Shown here piece by piece: positions 14,001 through 26,599 of a stretch of 64,000 nucleotides of DNA. The notes beneath the pieces were generated by a model. The model ran no database searches and was not told the origin of the DNA. It saw only the letters and a program-made list of their open reading frames with translations. The translations under genes were made by a program, and so were the position numbers. Position 1 is the stretch's first letter; every line of letters begins with the position of its first letter. This stretch comes from Geosiphon pyriformis uo1 (Eukaryota; Fungi; Glomeromycota): assembly GCA_016748015.1 (NCBI GenBank), contig JAAOMT010000009.1:2092200-2156199 (forward strand), in the 5' to 3' direction.

Positions 14001-14300
14001 TTTTATTTTATTAATATAACTTTTTTACAATAATAAATAAGAATTAAACAAAAATATATATTAATTGTATATATTAAACAATAAAACCAATACTTTAAAC
14101 AATTTAAAAGAAAAAAATTGATAGTTTTAAATTTGTTTAAGAATTAAAAATTGTTTTTTGGCTGTTTTTTTTCTGGTTATTTGGATAATAAAAACAATTT
14201 TTTGTGTTATTGCTTTTTTTAGCTGTTATAGAAAAAGTAGTATTTGTTTTTATTTAGGAAAGAAAAAATAATTCATTATTATTTTTCAATTTTACATGTT
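9780..14300. other. Ultra-AT-rich block, probably fully eroded repeats
   Basis: Almost no G/C, virtually no CpG and no ORFs. Its texture matches the recognisable eroded LINE copies further right. Confidence 0.6.
13480..13590 (+). mobile_element. 3' end fragment of the LINE family
   Basis: ggttgtattgtaataggtagtggttgggctgcattcgttaaataaa resembles the 3' terminus at 43477-43520 (ggttctatgtactagatagcgattgggctatactcattaaa). Confidence 0.55.
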
Positions 14301-15283
14301 TTTGTAATTTCCCTTTCAAATTCACAAGTTTGTATAATAAAGTTTGTGGATTGCTAATCAAACTTCTCAACTGTTTACCTTTATGGAAAGCAATGAATTT
14401 TTTGTTTTCAATTCTAAATAAATTTTAAAATTATTGTTTTCTAGTTAAAAAATTAAAAAAATTTCTTTTGATACACCTTTTAGAATTTTTTTTTCATAAG
14501 GAATACCTATGGAATTTAGTTTTTCTCACCCTCGTGCAACGATTGTTATGATACCTTTTTGTTAAACTTTTTATTGGTATTCATAAGCAAAATATTTTGA
14601 AACATTTGTCTGTTAAACTAGTAGAAAATTTCGTAAAAATTTTCCTGAAACAGTAATCCAAAGATTTTTTGGAAATAGTCTAGGATTGAAATTTTTACTG
14701 ACAAATTTCACTTAACCTTTACTAAATTGTTGACACAAAGAGTGCAAGTTTTGGCAGAGTAACTCATTTGAGAAATAATCACTACCCATATATGAGTGAT
14801 ACATAGCTTACGTCAAGATTCATGTGATGATACAAAGTAAATGGCAAATGAAACCTAATTCTGCTGATTTGAAGCAGGTTCGTTACTTGAAAAAATGCTT
14901 TGAAATTTCACAATCTATTATTAAAAAAATTTCTCTAATTGTATTATGCCGCCAACACAGGTTGTCATAATGAAGCAAAACTTTGTATCTTTACTAATTA
15001 TTAATAAACATTCAATGATTTTCGATTTTTCTGATGTATATGCGCCCAGGAGTCATTTTCCGAACATAGTGTCTTCTCTAAGGAGAAGTTGAAGAGCATG
15101 AGAGAAGGAACAAAATGTTTGAGTTTGACAGTGATAAATAGATAGTACTTTTTACTATGTATGTTACAAATAAGAGTTATTTTCATAGAAGACGCATAGA
15201 TTCAGGTGGAATGTTTATAATCAAAACCATCGTGTAGCATTGCATATGCATTGTCATAATGTGGTCTCTTGTCTTCTAAGTTT

Positions 15284-17128
15284 TCACACTTGCTTTCGTT
15301 TCTTCATAGACGTGCCGAAATAGCTTTCCTAGGTGATTTGAGAAGAGAAAATTATGATTCAGGAAGCGAGGTCAACAATAAAATGATGAATTATAAAAAT
15401 TTGACCTTTTACCAAATGACCATTTACAGCACCATTCATCGTACCATTCAATGTGCCGTTTAAAGTACCGTTCAGGGATCCATTCAATGACCCATTAAGC
15501 TGACCTCCGTTAATAGGGCTGTTCAAAGATCCGTTGGGGCTATTCAGCTGAGATCCATTATCAGCCCATGATCTCAATATACGCATTACTTCATATGGAT
15601 CTGTATTACTTGTAAAGTGTTGAATACTAGGTTCCCTATCGTTCATCAGATTAGAAAAGGTAAGAATATCTGTTAATTATTTTGGTTTTAGTCTTTATCG
15701 ATCTTCTTGTCAGATAAGAAAATAAAAAGGAAATCTGAACTTACGAAACTCTCAAGAAAGGATTATATTCGAATTCTTCTCCAATGGTACTAGGAACTGT
15801 ACATGGATTTACTCGACTCCAAGCTAATTTTTTCTGTAAAGATAGATTACGTTAATTTTAGAAAATTTCCCAGTTTTTCGTGCCTCATTGGCATTAAAAG
15901 CAGTGTAGCTGGGTGGTATACTTACAAGTAATATTTGATTGTTTGGATCGATTGTGCTTGCAAACTTTTCACCGGAATCAGTACAATTTGAGGAGAGAAG
16001 AGTTTAATATTTTTTAGTTAAAAGATTGCCAATCTTTTCCTTCAAATGTGACGATAATGAAGGGTACCTGTAGATTAGATAAGGTGTATTCATGTCCGCA
16101 GTAAACTTTTGTATCTTTTGGCAAACGCCCTAACACGTTGTAAAGAGCATTATACATGTCTTTTGCTTCACCCTCCTTGAATTTACCGCATCCACCTATC
16201 AACAAAGGTGATAAAAAGTTAATACTTTCACAGGAGACAATTTCAATTATGATTAGACTATTCCCAAACATCAGACGGGGTAATCACCAATCAGTAAAGT
16301 GTCCCCAGTGAACACAGCCTTTTCTAATTCTTCATTCATTTCATTCCCATCCCGAACATAATAGCAAACGTGACCTTTAGTATGACAAGGAGTGTGAAAA
16401 GATCGAACCTTCAACGTGCCAACCTAATTTGGAAAGTTTGATTAGCATGATGCAGATAATCCGGTGACATGGATGCTCGTACTAAACTTTCCCAAGTCAA
16501 AAAAGCGTAAAAAATGAGAATTTTCATAGGCTTACCGTGAATTCCTCGTTATGTTTACAGACATAATTTAATTCTATGAAAGAATTCATTTTGAAAAAGA
16601 AGGATAAGCAAATGACGAAATATTTGGCCCGAAAAAAGCAAAAGCTACCTGGTATTCGAGCATCAGCGCCATATACAGCCAAGTTTGGTTTTGTGTGTAC
16701 CAATTCAATATTTCCATAAGAATGTTTGCTGATAGAAAATAAGAATAAGGTGAATCAGTAGCTTCACAGATCTTGAAACGCCGAGACCATTCGAAATTAA
16801 AATCAATAAACTTACTGGTGATGATGTGTGGTTAATACTGAAGTCAGTTTCGCGCCTGTTTGAGCTAGATAAGACATAACCTTTTGAGGCTCTGCTGGGT
16901 CAACGGCAGCAGCTATGGACATTTGAGAGGTAAGAAAATCAAATGTTAATTCCGCATGAAAACGGGACAAATTTTGAAAATTCTCACTTTCGTAATATTA
17001 TGGACCAAAAGTTACAAGTGTTTTTTTTTTTTTATTATTTTTTATTATTTTTTACCTTCATTAGCCTTATCGTCGACGATAAGGTATGAATAATTATTAT
17101 CAAAAATTGGTATGGGGATAATACGCAT
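15284..17128 (-). CDS. GLO2: Hydroxyacylglutathione hydrolase (glyoxalase II)-like metallo-beta-lactamase-fold protein, divergent
   Basis: Exons read by hand: 17128-17056, 16912-16816, 16728-16649, 16573-16536, 16423-16288, 16195-16068, 15964-15926, 15833-15745, 15635-15413, and probably 15328-15284 (if that intron is retained, the stop is at 15359). Motifs: [61 protein letters not shown]. Confidence 0.9.
15413..15560 (-). repeat. Coding tandem tetrapeptide repeat (L/M/V-N-G-S/T)n in the GLO2-like C-terminus
   Basis: [29 protein letters not shown]; the codons vary between units. Confidence 0.85.
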
Positions 17129-17398
17129 AGTTAGAATGTGAGAAAGTCAATTAAAATAACTGAAATTTAATCTTTAGTTTTTGGGTATATTAAATAAAGA
17201 CTGTTGTTTGACTATAGAACAAAGAGAAAGGAAACTTTCTTGAAAAATGAAAAATTTGTATCTAAAAAGACTTTTTATTATAATTGATTCTAAAAGTTTA
17301 TTTTTTTCCAAGAAATCAAGAATTAATTTTTTTCATTGAAGAATTTATCAAAAGAAAAAGTTTAGAAAATGAAAAATGAAATAAAGTCAAATATATAG

Positions 17399-17447
<49 letters not shown>

Positions 17448-17448
17448 A
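17399..17448. repeat. (AC)n/(AT)n microsatellite
   Basis: Seen directly. Confidence 0.85.
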
Positions 17449-17582
17449 ATTTTTAAAAAATTAAAAAGGCGTCGTTTTCATAGATTAGTGTATATTGCTT
17501 TTGTAAGAGAGGTGCGTGGGATTGACAATCATAGTTTCATCAACACAATTAAACTTTCAATAAAAATTTTTTCAAAAAAAAA

Positions 17583-17623
<41 letters not shown>

Positions 17624-17926
17624 TTTTTATTTTTATTTTTATTTTTATTTTTTGAATAAAGATAAAAACTGCATGAAATTCCCATAAATGCCTAATTCCT
17701 AATACAGATTTTTTACTCTAGAATTGATGAATATAAGGCAACTGCAATCGTGTTTCTCTAATCAGTTTTTAGTGTTACATTTAAAAGTCTTGGCGTTTCC
17801 AAAAAGAATTCACTGATTTCTTGGCATTTTTTTTTATATTGTAATACCAAACCTCCCTTTTTTTCTCTTAAAAAGCTATCGGTCTAGGTTTTGAAAAAGG
17901 GTTCAAAATTCCAGACTAATCTGGTC

Positions 17927-18006
<80 letters not shown>

Positions 18007-19237
18007 CATTTTGCTTTTTTTGGCAATTTACACAATAGACACTCTTGGGGATACTGATCTACGAGTTTCAGATGATCTAATATTAAAACCGATTTAATTG
18101 AAAAAAAAATTGTTATTGTTGTTGTTGTAGTTGTTGTTGTTGTTGACTTTAATAAAAATTCGGAAATTTATTCCTAATAGAATTTTCGAATTCTTTCTTT
18201 TAAATTCCGATTCAGTAAGAGAAAACTTTTGTTTTTATTTTCTCGAATGTAAATATGTTGACTTTTTAAACTCTCAAGAAGTTTCTCAAACTTGAAAAGA
18301 AATATTATTATGATCGATATCTCAAATATATGAGAATTTAAGAATGATTTTAAAAGAAAATTCTTTCTTCTTTTGTTTTGAATAAACATTGGAAAAAAAA
18401 TAATAATAATCATTTAGAAAATTTTTTAAAAGCTTTAATTTAATAAAAGAAACTTAATTATGTATTATAAATATTAATTATATATATAATAAATTTGGGT
18501 TTTATTTAATAAAACTATTATTAAATAATAAAAAATATAAAAAAAATTATTTTTAATATAAATTATAAATTATATTTTTTTATTTATCACAAAATTATCT
18601 TCTTAACATCTAATTTAAAATTAAACGAATTCATAATAAAAAAATCTTTTTTTGATTAAAAAAAATAAATAAATAAATAATATATAAAACTAATGAACGT
18701 GAATTTAAAATATATATTTTTTTGAGTACATTTATTTAAAATACATTTAATTTAAAGAATGTTTGAAAATTTTTAATTTTAAACAAGTTTTAATAATCTT
18801 AAAAAAATTTTGAATTTTATATTGAAATAATAATAATAAAAATTTGTAATTCTCATTTATCATTGTCAAACATGCACACTTATGTAACATGATCAAAAAA
18901 TACTATATTTCTATAAAATAAGTTTTTTTTTTTTTGCACATCATTTAATAATTATTATCATTCTTAGCTAAAATAGTTAATATACGCTTTTTTGCTTTTT
19001 ATAATGTAAAATGTGCACTGCTGATTATTCTATTATATGACATCATATAGATATTTTTCAAATTCCGGAATTTTTGGGAATTTATTCGTTTATCAGTGCT
19101 TCTAGTTTTTACTATTTACGTTTATTTTCACTCATCTATTTCCCAAAATTGCCTTTGGGTATTCCTTTTACTAAAATTCGAAACTTATATTTAACGGTTA
19201 AAGAGCGACACAGTTAAATAAGATTCTCAAACAACCC

Positions 19238-19455
<218 letters not shown>

Positions 19456-20331
19456 TGGTTAATTGTTCAATTTCTCTTTTAATTCCTTTTTCCATTCAAG
19501 TAAATGACCAATTCATTTTAAAAAAAATTATAAATTATAAATTTCTTTTTTAAAATCAGAAACTTTATCCTAGCGGAATAATTAATCCCTCACAACATAT
19601 TCGGATTCTTTTATCGAGTTTGGAAAAAAAAATTTATTATAGAGATACATGTACATTTGTTATTAATTGAGGTGGAAACGAGAAAAATATTAAAAGATAA
19701 AGAAATATTTTCAAAACTAAAGAAATATATTCAACTATTAAAAGATAATGAAATATAATCAAACTATTAAAAAAAGATAAAAAGAAATACCAATCGAGAA
19801 CCTATAAAATGTCTACATACAACAAGCTACTTTTCACTGTGACCCTTAATGAAGAAATAGCATTTCTATAAAATGGAATTATTTTAATGATTGATCCAAA
19901 CATTGGCTTATTACTCAAGTTTCTTTAAATAATTTTTTTTGGAAAATATCAATTACGAATAGTGATAGGTTTATTCACGCTCATTAAATCTGAATTCGAA
20001 AGATTAGATTAAAAAAAAATTTGAAAGAGCAAATTGAAGATTTGAATTTTACACAATGATTCCGAAATTTTAATATTCCGATTTTTAAATCGGCAAATTA
20101 CTTCAAAAATTATTTATTGTAAATTGCAAAGTGCAAAATATATTTTTAAACTATTACACTTTACCCACTTTTAATAATTTGGGAAATTTAAAAGAATGTA
20201 TAGTTTACTATGTAAAATTTTAAATTCTTATAATTTATCTATGATTCCGTTCAGTTCCAAAAATATCAACACCCTCCTGGATCCTCAAATGCTTTCCCCT
20301 CACCAATCTCTTCTATAATCTTCAATTCTGT

Positions 20332-21384
20332 CTAACCATTTCTAGCCTGATTCGCCAAATAGGAAACAAAATAGGCATTAACATTCTTAAAAATACAAAA
20401 TACAGGATAAATAGGCCCCTCGCTATGCACACTATGATGATACCTCAATGCCAAACGCAAGGCTTCATGCTTATCCTTGACAAGATATGGTGCTCCGAGA
20501 TGATGAAATTCAACAACTCGCAAAATTCCTGGCAAAAAACCATAATCGGCTGATTTACGAAGCCACATTAATTGTTCCTTTCCCGTCATATAAATCCCAT
20601 AATTAAAAAATCCCTGTGGATGCCCATGTAATGCTGCTCTTTTGTAATATTCGATGGCGGTGGATTTATTGTATTCTGTTCCAAAAGCTTTCTCATAACT
20701 TTCCCCAACTTGAATTAGCGCAAATACGTCACCTTTTTTTGCCGCCAAAGAATAATAACTGAATCCATTCTGATAATTTGATGAAACCCCAATTCCGAAA
20801 TGAAAAAAAAATCCAAGAAGGCATAAGCATTTTGGAGAATCGAATTGTGTCTGAAGGAGTTTAAAGATGTGCTCTTCTGTTTGTTTTTTACGTATAATCC
20901 AGTCTTTGATCCCCTTTACCACAACGTTATCCCATACTGCCCTTGTCATTTCTTCGTACAATGCGAGTAGGTCTGAGATTAGAATAAGATCATCGGCAGT
21001 ACATTCGTATGGTTCAATGTCTTGGGATATCAATGAACCAAATTCGTCAAAGATCTCAAGGGATGTATTTTCAGAAGCTTCCAGAACCAAATTATTTGGT
21101 GCTTCAATTTCAACCAATGTAGTTGAAGTCGTTCCCACAACAGTAGTGTCATGTTCTTCTGAATGACTACTTTCAACTTCTGATATTGCTGGCAATAAAT
21201 CATTTCCAAATTCCAAGTAAGCGACCTCCTCTACTGAATCATTTTCCAGTTCAAATGAAAATCCATGACCTAAAGTGGTCATATTATTTGAAATTTCGAC
21301 TTCGAGCGGCAGCAAATAATTTATATTCTGAGAGTCTGCTTCTGCCGAATTAATTTGTGTTTCAGACTCTTGTTCGTTATTCAT
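20332..21384 (-). CDS. Sel1-like repeat protein with an acidic N-terminal half, intronless, 350 aa
   Basis: SLR units LLGFFFHFGIGVSSNYQNGFSYYSLAAKKGD, ALIQVGESYEKAFGTEYNKSTAIEYYKRAALHGH, WLRKSADYG and VKDKHEALR; clean ATG to TAG. Confidence 0.85.
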   Translation of the reverse strand: MNNEQESETQINSAEADSQNINYLLPLEVEISNNMTTLGHGFSFELENDSVEEVAYLEFGNDLLPAISEVESSHSEEHDTTVVGTTSTTLVEIEAPNNLVLEASENTSLEIFDEFGSLISQDIEPYECTADDLILISDLLALYEEMTRAVWDNVVVKGIKDWIIRKKQTEEHIFKLLQTQFDSPKCLCLLGFFFHFGIGVSSNYQNGFSYYSLAAKKGDVFALIQVGESYEKAFGTEYNKSTAIEYYKRAALHGHPQGFFNYGIYMTGKEQLMWLRKSADYGFLPGILRVVEFHHLGAPYLVKDKHEALRLALRYHHSVHSEGPIYPVFCIFKNVNAYFVSYLANQARNG

Positions 21385-21870
21385 GATAATTGGCTTTGTA
21401 GTTGAACAAAGGATTCATAAATAAGAACTGGCTTACGCAATATATAGTTTGGAGCCCATCAAAAATTAATCATCACCGATTCGGTGATTACAGAGATCTG
21501 CTGATAACTGTTACTATTTTTAGCTTGCTACAAACCTTTTTTAGGCTGCTCTAAAACCTTTGAGGTACTTGAACGCGTTCAAAGGGAATTGTTCTTTACA
21601 GGCAGAATGGTGACGATTCCTTATTCCGGACCGACTCTACTAATCATAGTGTGGGACGTTTTGGACCCCGGCCTCCCAGAAAGGTGACTTTCCAACAACA
21701 GGCCGATTATCTTCTAATGTTGAGACTTCTAAGGAAGAAGTTACAAGAATGGAGAAAACTTCAGTGAACCGCCCTTCGACAGTGAACATCACCTTTAAGA
21801 TCCGCAGAAGGAAAGCTACAAGTACATGATCGGAACCTCGGTCCGCTGTGGACAGGCACGAACGAGAGAG

Positions 21871-22490
21871 ATGACGCACGAAGACGGTATGTTGGTAAAC
21901 AGGTTAAGGATGTAAGAAATGAAGATATTGCAGTCTTGTCCTAACCAAAAAAGAGTCCGGCATCTATTGGAAAAAGATGGACGACAAGGGTGTCGCAAGG
22001 ATCTGCTCATGGTATTTAATACAATTGCGAATGAATCCTACCGTCACCATTTTGCATCCCCTATCGGCTGTGAGCTCTCTGTCAAGAGCAACGATCCAGA
22101 AATGCTTATTGATTATATGCAGTGTATTGCAGAATTCGGCTTTGATCATATCATTTTTTTGGGGGAGATGTACTATGGAATGGCTTTTTTGGACCAATAT
22201 AGTCGGATGTTTCAATTGGGAAGACATATATATATACTACAGCCACTCGGAAATTCTCTAGAAGAGGCGAAGTTGACATGTGAACAAGATGATCGGTTAA
22301 TATGGTTTGTGTAGAACAATGGTATCTTATATGAGGGCTAGCCATCCTGTGATCTTGGTATGTACACAAGTGGAGAGTGAAGCTGAGCCTTCAGAGTTAG
22401 ATCAAAAAAATACGCGCATTGTTGCAAAGAAAGGCAAGAAAAACAAGATAAAAAATATCTTTGGTTTGTGTTTCTTTGATTTTCTGTCAA
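21871..22490 (+). pseudogene. Small hypothetical-protein gene, probably pseudogenised (core ORF 21919-22314)
   Basis: The frame reads MTHEDGMLVNRLRM*EMKILQ...IFLGEMYYGMAFLDQYSRMFQL...LQPLGNSLEEA...LIWFV*NNGILYE. It has in-frame stops and a likely frameshifted Lys-rich tail. Confidence 0.5.
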
Positions 22491-23799
22491 TGCTGATTTT
22501 GTAATGATTAGCATAATTATAATTTTCCTCCACATCAGTTTGGGCTGGCTATTAAACTCTATTCTGTATAAAATAAAAATAAGCCCCTAATTTTTTCCAA
22601 GTTATAAGACGCGTAATATATTGATGCACTATTAAAGATCAATACGCGAATATAACCACGGCTGTGCTGCTAACTGATGCACTGATTAATTATCACTTTT
22701 GAAACCAGTTGCAGCAAAAGAGCAATTTCTCTCGCGCAGCGTATACAGTAGATATGACTGATTACTTCATTGGGATCGGTAGTATTCGGGATATATAGTA
22801 GATTAGGTAAAGTGTCATTAGAGCACTTTGTGTCCTGTGAAGCGTATATAATAAAAATGACAGACTACTTCATTGAGTGCCTTTTCTTTAGCTACTAAAT
22901 TGAAAAGATGAGATTGCATTTCTCGTTATTATCTAAACATACGGCCTGAAAAATACTTGTCCGAATCGACACAAGGTTATTATTGGCGTGGTTTTCCTTT
23001 TCTATCTTATTACGTTTAGTGTCCGATTATTGCTATGCTCCAATGATGCAGACTGTTTTTGATGAATTCGTATGATATACAAGAGCACCCTCCATGTTTC
23101 CACTAAACTCGCAAACTTGTTCTTTAAAAATATGAACCGTCGGCGTACAATTTCTCAAAAATTATTAACCAAAAAAAGTTGATAAACTTGACTCCGTCCC
23201 TACTGCGGGTATTATCCCATAATAGACTAACAATTCTTTCTGTCTTTGATAATAATCCTTCTAATGGATAATCCATCACCCGGAATCATGAAATTAACAT
23301 AGTCCATTATGTAAATTGTCGTTTTACACTCAAAATAATAAGCAAAATATAATAATATTAAATCCAGTTGATGTTTTAATAAAAGATTGATGTAAAGCTT
23401 TCAATATATGTTTATCTAGCAATTACAAAACCTTTGAATAATCTGTTCATTCTTATTATTTTACATTGTTAAATGCTTTTAAAATTAATATCATTTTAAA
23501 ACAAATTAAATAAATAGAACATTTATAACAATATTTATTATTTTAAATTTATATTTTTGATAATAAACCAATTTTTTTAATTTATATAAACAAAAATTTT
23601 AAAACTTAAATTAAGTAAAACAAATTAAATACTTTTAAAATAATTACTTCAAATCTTAATTTAAATAAAAATTTATTTTATAAATTACAATAATTTAATA
23701 AAAGTAAAATTGTATACAACAAATTATAATTATATTACTAATTATTTAATTTTTTTAAAGAACTTTTTATTAATAATTTAATTTATATAAATTTACAAA

Positions 23800-24060
23800 T
23801 ATAATTAAAATTTTTTTATTATGTTTTAACAAAGTATGATTTATCTATTATTTAAAATTATACAATAAAAATTATTATACAAAAAATGTAATTTATGTAT
23901 ATATTACATGTGACCAGCCACTTAAGCTAATCAAAACTATACTAAATAATTATATTACTATTTAATATTAAAAAATTCATCAACTTAAATAAAACAAAAC
24001 TAAAATTGAAGTTAAAACAACAATAATTCTTGTAATTAAAAACTAAAATAAAACCAATTA
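23800..24060 (-). mobile_element. Eroded LINE 3' end
   Basis: The reverse complement contains gattagcttaagtggctggtcacatgtaa, the family 3' UTR motif (23907-23921). Confidence 0.65.
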
Positions 24061-24897
24061 AATAAATATTATATGTATTTATTATTACAAATAAATTTTT
24101 TGGTTTATATTTTGTAATTTGGTACTTTAAAATTACTTGAAAATCTTAATAAATGTAAAAATTTTGGTTTTGAGTTTTTTGTATAAAAAGCAAAAATTTA
24201 TTATACTAATAGTTTTTAGTATTTAATATATTATTTTTTTAACATAATAATAGATTTATTTTGGTGTTTATTATTTTTTTAATAACTTTTTATAAAATAA
24301 TTTTATTTTTTAGTTTTGTATCTTTTATTAAATTATTTTTAATATCATAATTTTAATGCTTATTTTTTTAATTAATTAATTCAACAAAAAACAAAAAACA
24401 ACACAATAAAATAAAAAGTAAATTAAATTAAAATTAATTAATTTTTAGAATTTTCTATTATTATTATTATATATATATATATTTTATTATGTTTTAACTA
24501 TTATTATTATTTTATGTTTTATTTAATAATTTTTAAAATTAATAACAGATATTAATGTGCTTTTTAATTGTTTTTTTATTTAAAAACAAGCAAATAACTT
24601 TTTAAATTAATTTTAATACAAATTATAAAAAAATATATTTTGACAAAATTAAATTATTTAAAAAATATTGTTTAACTTAAAACTAATTAGTTTAAAAAAG
24701 TTTTTTGTTAATAAAATATATAAAATTTAAGAAAATAAGTTTTATGTTCAAAACTTAAATTTTTATATAAAAGTTTTAATTTTTTTAATAATAGTTAAAA
24801 CTTTTATATTTTTTATAATTTTATTAAAGCTTTAATTATTTTTTATATAACAAGTTTTTATTAATAACAAATTTTTTTTAAGTATAATAAAAAACAA

Positions 24898-24930
<33 letters not shown>

Positions 24931-26599
24931 GATTTAAATAAATATTTATTTATTTTATTATTAGTTTTTTCTTAATAATAGCTTTTTTAATTTAATAATA
25001 ATATATTTTTTATTGTTATTAGTTATAATAACTATTTTTCTATAATTAAAGTAGTATTTAAATAATTTTTAATCTAATATTTATAAAAAATATAAAAAAT
25101 ATTATAAAAATATTATATTTAATTATAATTATTTTTTTTTGATTTTTAAGATTAATATTATCATAATAAATAAATCAAATTATTTATAATATTTATAAAT
25201 TATATATTATAAACAAATTAATTATTAAAGATTATTTTATATTGATTTTATAAAATATAAAAACTATTATTCAAAATTTTGTTAAATAAAAATAGTTTTT
25301 TTATTAATTAAAAAAATTGTTATAGATATTATTTTTGTTTTGTTATTAATTGTAATTTAATAGATATTGGATTTTATTCAAAAATTTTATTAATACAAAA
25401 TAGTTATTTAAGTTTATTATTATGTTTAATTAAAACAATTATATTAATAATTAAGTTAGTTTAATTTAAAAAAATTGTACTGTTATTTGATAATAAGTTT
25501 AAAAAAAATATTCATATTTTAATAATTAGTTTTTTTATAATATTGTATCTTATAAATATATTTGTTAAAATAAAATATTTAGTAAATTATTTGTGTTTTG
25601 GTTTTTTTTGTATAATTAAACTAAGACTTAATAATCTGTTATTATTAAAAAATTTATATTTAAAAAATACTTATATTAAATAACTAAATAATTTTATTTT
25701 ATTAAAAAAAAGTTTATTTACATAAATTATAATGTATTTTTTGTTATTTTTATTTTTTTAGAAAAAAAAATATTATATTAAAAGCCAAATACATTAATTT
25801 AAAAAATAAAAAATTAATTTAAATTAAATTGTTTAAAAATAAATTTAATAATAAGTTTTTTTAAAGTTTTAAAAACTTTATGCTAATATATACTTTAATA
25901 ATAATTGATATTTTTTTTAAATAGTTGATTTAAAAAAAACAATAAAAAAACTAAATTAATAAAAATTAAATTAATATATATTTATTAATTGTTTAAATTT
26001 TTGGTCTTTTTTAATCTTAGCTAAATTAGAAAAAAATTTATCTTTTATAATAAAATAATCGAAAAATTGAATAAATTAGTATTCAAAAAAAGATTTAATA
26101 AATTTAATTTTTAAGTTAGCATTTTTTAAAAATCAAAATTTTTTTGCAAATATTTATTTTAAATTTTTAAATATACAATAATATTATTTAAATAAATTAA
26201 ACAAAGTTATTGTTAATTAGTTTAAAACTTTGTTTATAAAATATTAAAAAATAAAAAAAATATTAATTAAATTAAAAAATATAACTATAGATTTATAAAT
26301 ATTATACTTAATAATAAAACAGTTTTTTAATAGCTTTTAAAATATATTTTTACTTGTTATAATTTAGTATTTAAATTAATAATTAAAAAAAACAGCACTA
26401 TTAAATTAATTTAATATTTTTTTTAATAATAGTATTTAATTAATAATTAATATAAAATTTTACTTTTTTTAAGATTATTATTATTAAAAAAACTTATTTA
26501 TTTTTGGTTTTTGGTATAAATTCAATCTTTTTTATTTGATTTATTTATTTTTTAATAAATTTATTATTGCAATAATTAAACAAATATAATTTTTAAAAA

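Noticed and set aside
22755-22880. Imperfect 20-bp direct repeat ATGACWGAYTACTTCATTG
   Set aside because: Only two copies and no array structure; not CRISPR-like.
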